Positions 61,269-64,000 of a stretch of 64,000 nucleotides of DNA are shown here, in pieces. Where the stretch lies: NCBI RefSeq assembly GCF_004010195.1, contig NC_057749.1, positions 12,677,180 to 12,741,179 on the forward strand. The letters are read 5' to 3'. A program made the translations under genes and the position numbers. The notes under the pieces are model-generated. The model searched no databases. It saw nothing but the letters and a program-made list of their open reading frames with translations, and had not been told where the DNA came from. How positions within the stretch are numbered: the first letter of the stretch is position 1; every line of letters begins with the position of its first letter. The DNA is from Chiloscyllium plagiosum (lineage: Eukaryota).

Positions 61269-63149
61269 TATGCCCCATTAACAAACAGCGTCCCCTAATA
61301 TTTGAATAAAATAGCAGTGTAAATATTTCTTAGTGAGTTTCAGTAACTTGCCTTTTCAACGTAGAGCCATTCCTTCCTCAGTCCTTTGCTCTAAAATAGT
61401 TATTTTTCCATTTCAGTCCATAATCAAAAATACAGAAAAATAAAAAGATATGGTCTTTTAAAAATAGGTGGTTTCAGATTTGAGGGACATCAGTTCCATG
61501 GATAGGCTATTCACTTTTGAGAGAAGATTGATGATCTCTATCAATTCTCCATTCAGTCCATCTGAGTCTGAACAGAACAGATACTGTTTCTGTTATTGGA
61601 ATGGTCAAGTACCAGAGATCACCAACTTACGGTGATTGGCAAAAAAAGTTACAGCAACATTAAGAAAATCTTTTTATTTCACAAGGAGTTGTAAGGATCT
61701 GGAATGCACTGTTTGAGTGTAATAGATGAAGATTCAGTTGTAGCTTTCTGAAGAACCTGAAGAGAAACAATTTTCAGTGCTGTTGAGAAAGAGCTGGAGT
61801 GGGATTGGTTGAGTTAATCTTAAAGAAAGATCATGGATACAATGCACAAGTGGCCTCCTGTGCTATAATCCAATCTGTGACACTCGTGCTCGCTTTGCTG
61901 TACTGGCTTTCTCTTAAGCAACACTTTGGTTTTAAAATTCTCATCCTTATTTGCAATTTCTTACATGGTTTTTCTCCCTCAAAACCCCAATTTCTGTAAA
62001 CTCCACCAACTTCACTATCTTCTGAGATATCTTTCTCTAATTCAGGCCTTTTGAGCTTCTCTGATTTTAAATGCTCCACCATTGGTTATTGTCCCTTCAG
62101 CAGCTCAAGTCCTAATGTCTAGAATTAGTTTTCTATACCCCTCTGTCCCCCAACCTCTGTTTTCTAGTTATTACTTAAAATCTACCTGTTTAACCAAGAT
62201 ATTGTCCTAATAACTCCATATGTGGATCAATGGCAATTTTTGTTTGATAATATTTCTACTAAGTACCTATAGAAGTTTAACTATGTTATAGATGCCATTC
62301 AATATAAATTAATTTACCTAAAGTATAACTAGTCCAGAAAGAAATAGTTTTTGAAATGCAACTCGCAAATATTTTAAAATCAAAAATAGAGTCCTGGAAA
62401 GATGCAGCACTGGAGAGAGAAAATCAGGGTTAATGTTTCAGGTCAGTGGTTTTTCTTCAGAACAGTCTGGTGAAGGGTCATCAATCTGAATTGTTAACTC
62501 TAATTCTCTTCATCAGAGATACTGCATGACTTGCTGAAATGCTTCCAGCTTTTTTTAGGTTTTATTTCACATTTTGAGCATCGACAGTACTTTGCTTAAA
62601 CTTTTGGATTTGAGATGTGAGTTAGTAATTTAATTGAACTTTCTTAGGAATAAAGTTGGGGATTTTAGTATAGTACACATCAGAAGTAGAGCCACCATTC
62701 TCTCAGCTTGAAACTAAAGCAGCATGAACTCAAAAGAATAATATGCAAGTCAATTTGTACTGCAGGTACATGTTCCACTTAATTAAAATTTAAAAGTGGC
62801 CATCTTCTATGAGAAAAACAGCCAGTTTATTATCGTGAGTTTAAAAAAAAGTTGGGTAATCCAGAGATATATTACATAAGGTTTTTCAAACAACTCATCA
62901 GTAATGCCAGAACGTACAGCATCATCTAGCAGTACTATTTAAATTGTGAAGATGACGCATGCGTGTGCTAGTTTACGCAAAATGGACAAGTCAAATATGT
63001 GTTTTACATCAGAGCACTATGTTCAGAAGTAGATCATTTTGAAGATAGAACTGTGATATAGTGGGGCAATGCTCATGAATTCCAGAAGTAACAAGCCTCA
63101 CTTTCCATTGGATCTCTGGAAGCAGTGTGGCATTTTTCACTTTCCACTC

Positions 63150-64000
63150 CCACAATCCACTTTCCTGCCCTTTCCTTGTAACCCTTGATTCCCTAAATGA
63201 TCAAGAATTTATCTATTTAAGTTTTAACTGTACACAAGGACACTGCCTCCATAGCTGTCTGTGGCAAAGAGTTCCAAAGAAATTCATTTTTATCTAAGGA
63301 GTCTTAAATTGATGGCTCTTTATTCTGAGACTATGTCCTCTGGTCCAAGACTCTCTCATGAAGAGGAGCATCCTCTCAGCATTTACCTTGTCAAGCCCCT
63401 GAAGAATTCTATATGTTTCAACGAGATTACCACTCATTCTTCTGAACTCCATTGAGTAGAGTCTTAACCTGTTCAGCCTTTGCCCTTAGGACAAGCTCTC
63501 CATACCAGGCATCATTACAGTCAACCTTCTCTGATCTGCCTCCAACGAAATGATGTATTTCCTTAAATAAGGAGACCAAAACTGCTCATGGTACTCCAGA
63601 TGTGGGCTGACCAGTGTCTTGTACAGTTGCAGTAAGGCTTCTCTACTATGATACACTGCAACATTCCATTAGCCTTCCTGATTACCTGCTGCACATCTGT
63701 GTGCTAGCTTTGTGTTTTGTGACAAATACCCTAAATCCCTTCGTGTTGAAGCTTTCTGTAGTTTTTCTCCATTTAAATTATATTTTGATCTTTTGTCCTC
63801 CCTTCCAAAATGAACAATTACACATTTTCCCACATTATGGTTCATTTGCCAACTCTTTGCCCATTTACTGAACCTATCAATATTTCTCTGTAAACTGTTT
63901 GTATCCTTCTTGCAACCTGCCTAGTTTTGTGTCATCTGCAAATTTGGATGTAGTATATTTGCTTCCTTCCTCCATGTCATTAATATATATTGAAAACGGT
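63150..64000 (-). mobile_element. Old CR1 LINE 3' part running off the window
   Basis: Complement of CR1 RT sequence (TTTGTGTCATCTGCAAATTTGG, i.e. KFADDTK) and 3' region. Confidence 0.75.

Overview
Vertebrate genomic DNA, almost certainly a shark or ray: it carries HE1/V-SINE-type tRNA-derived SINEs and abundant CR1 LINEs. The only host gene I can support is ARIH1 (Ariadne RBR E3 ubiquitin ligase) on the minus strand. Coding exons 1-9 lie between 50967 and 5251 and give 939 nt / 313 aa, all with GT-AG junctions and a continuous frame. The later exons (RING2 and Ariadne domains) were not found and presumably lie left of position 1. The gene starts in a CpG-island promoter at about 50560-51560. 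The rest is largely transposon relics: CR1 (including a 4-kb ORF1/ORF2 copy), HE1 SINEs, two Penelope-like (PLE) families, RTE and Rex1 fragments, a 543-bp solo LTR and a Tc1/mariner MITE. The most notable signal is that both PLE families carry minimal type-I hammerhead ribozyme motifs, some with intact catalytic cores and some lying sense inside the ARIH1 pre-mRNA. Short palindromic PLE-terminal-repeat derivatives with their own target-site duplications (TSDs) and candidate ARIH1 poison exons are also flagged. There are two assembly gaps (53233-53732 and 56948-56986). All calls are by eye; no searches were run, and boundaries of old repeats are approximate.
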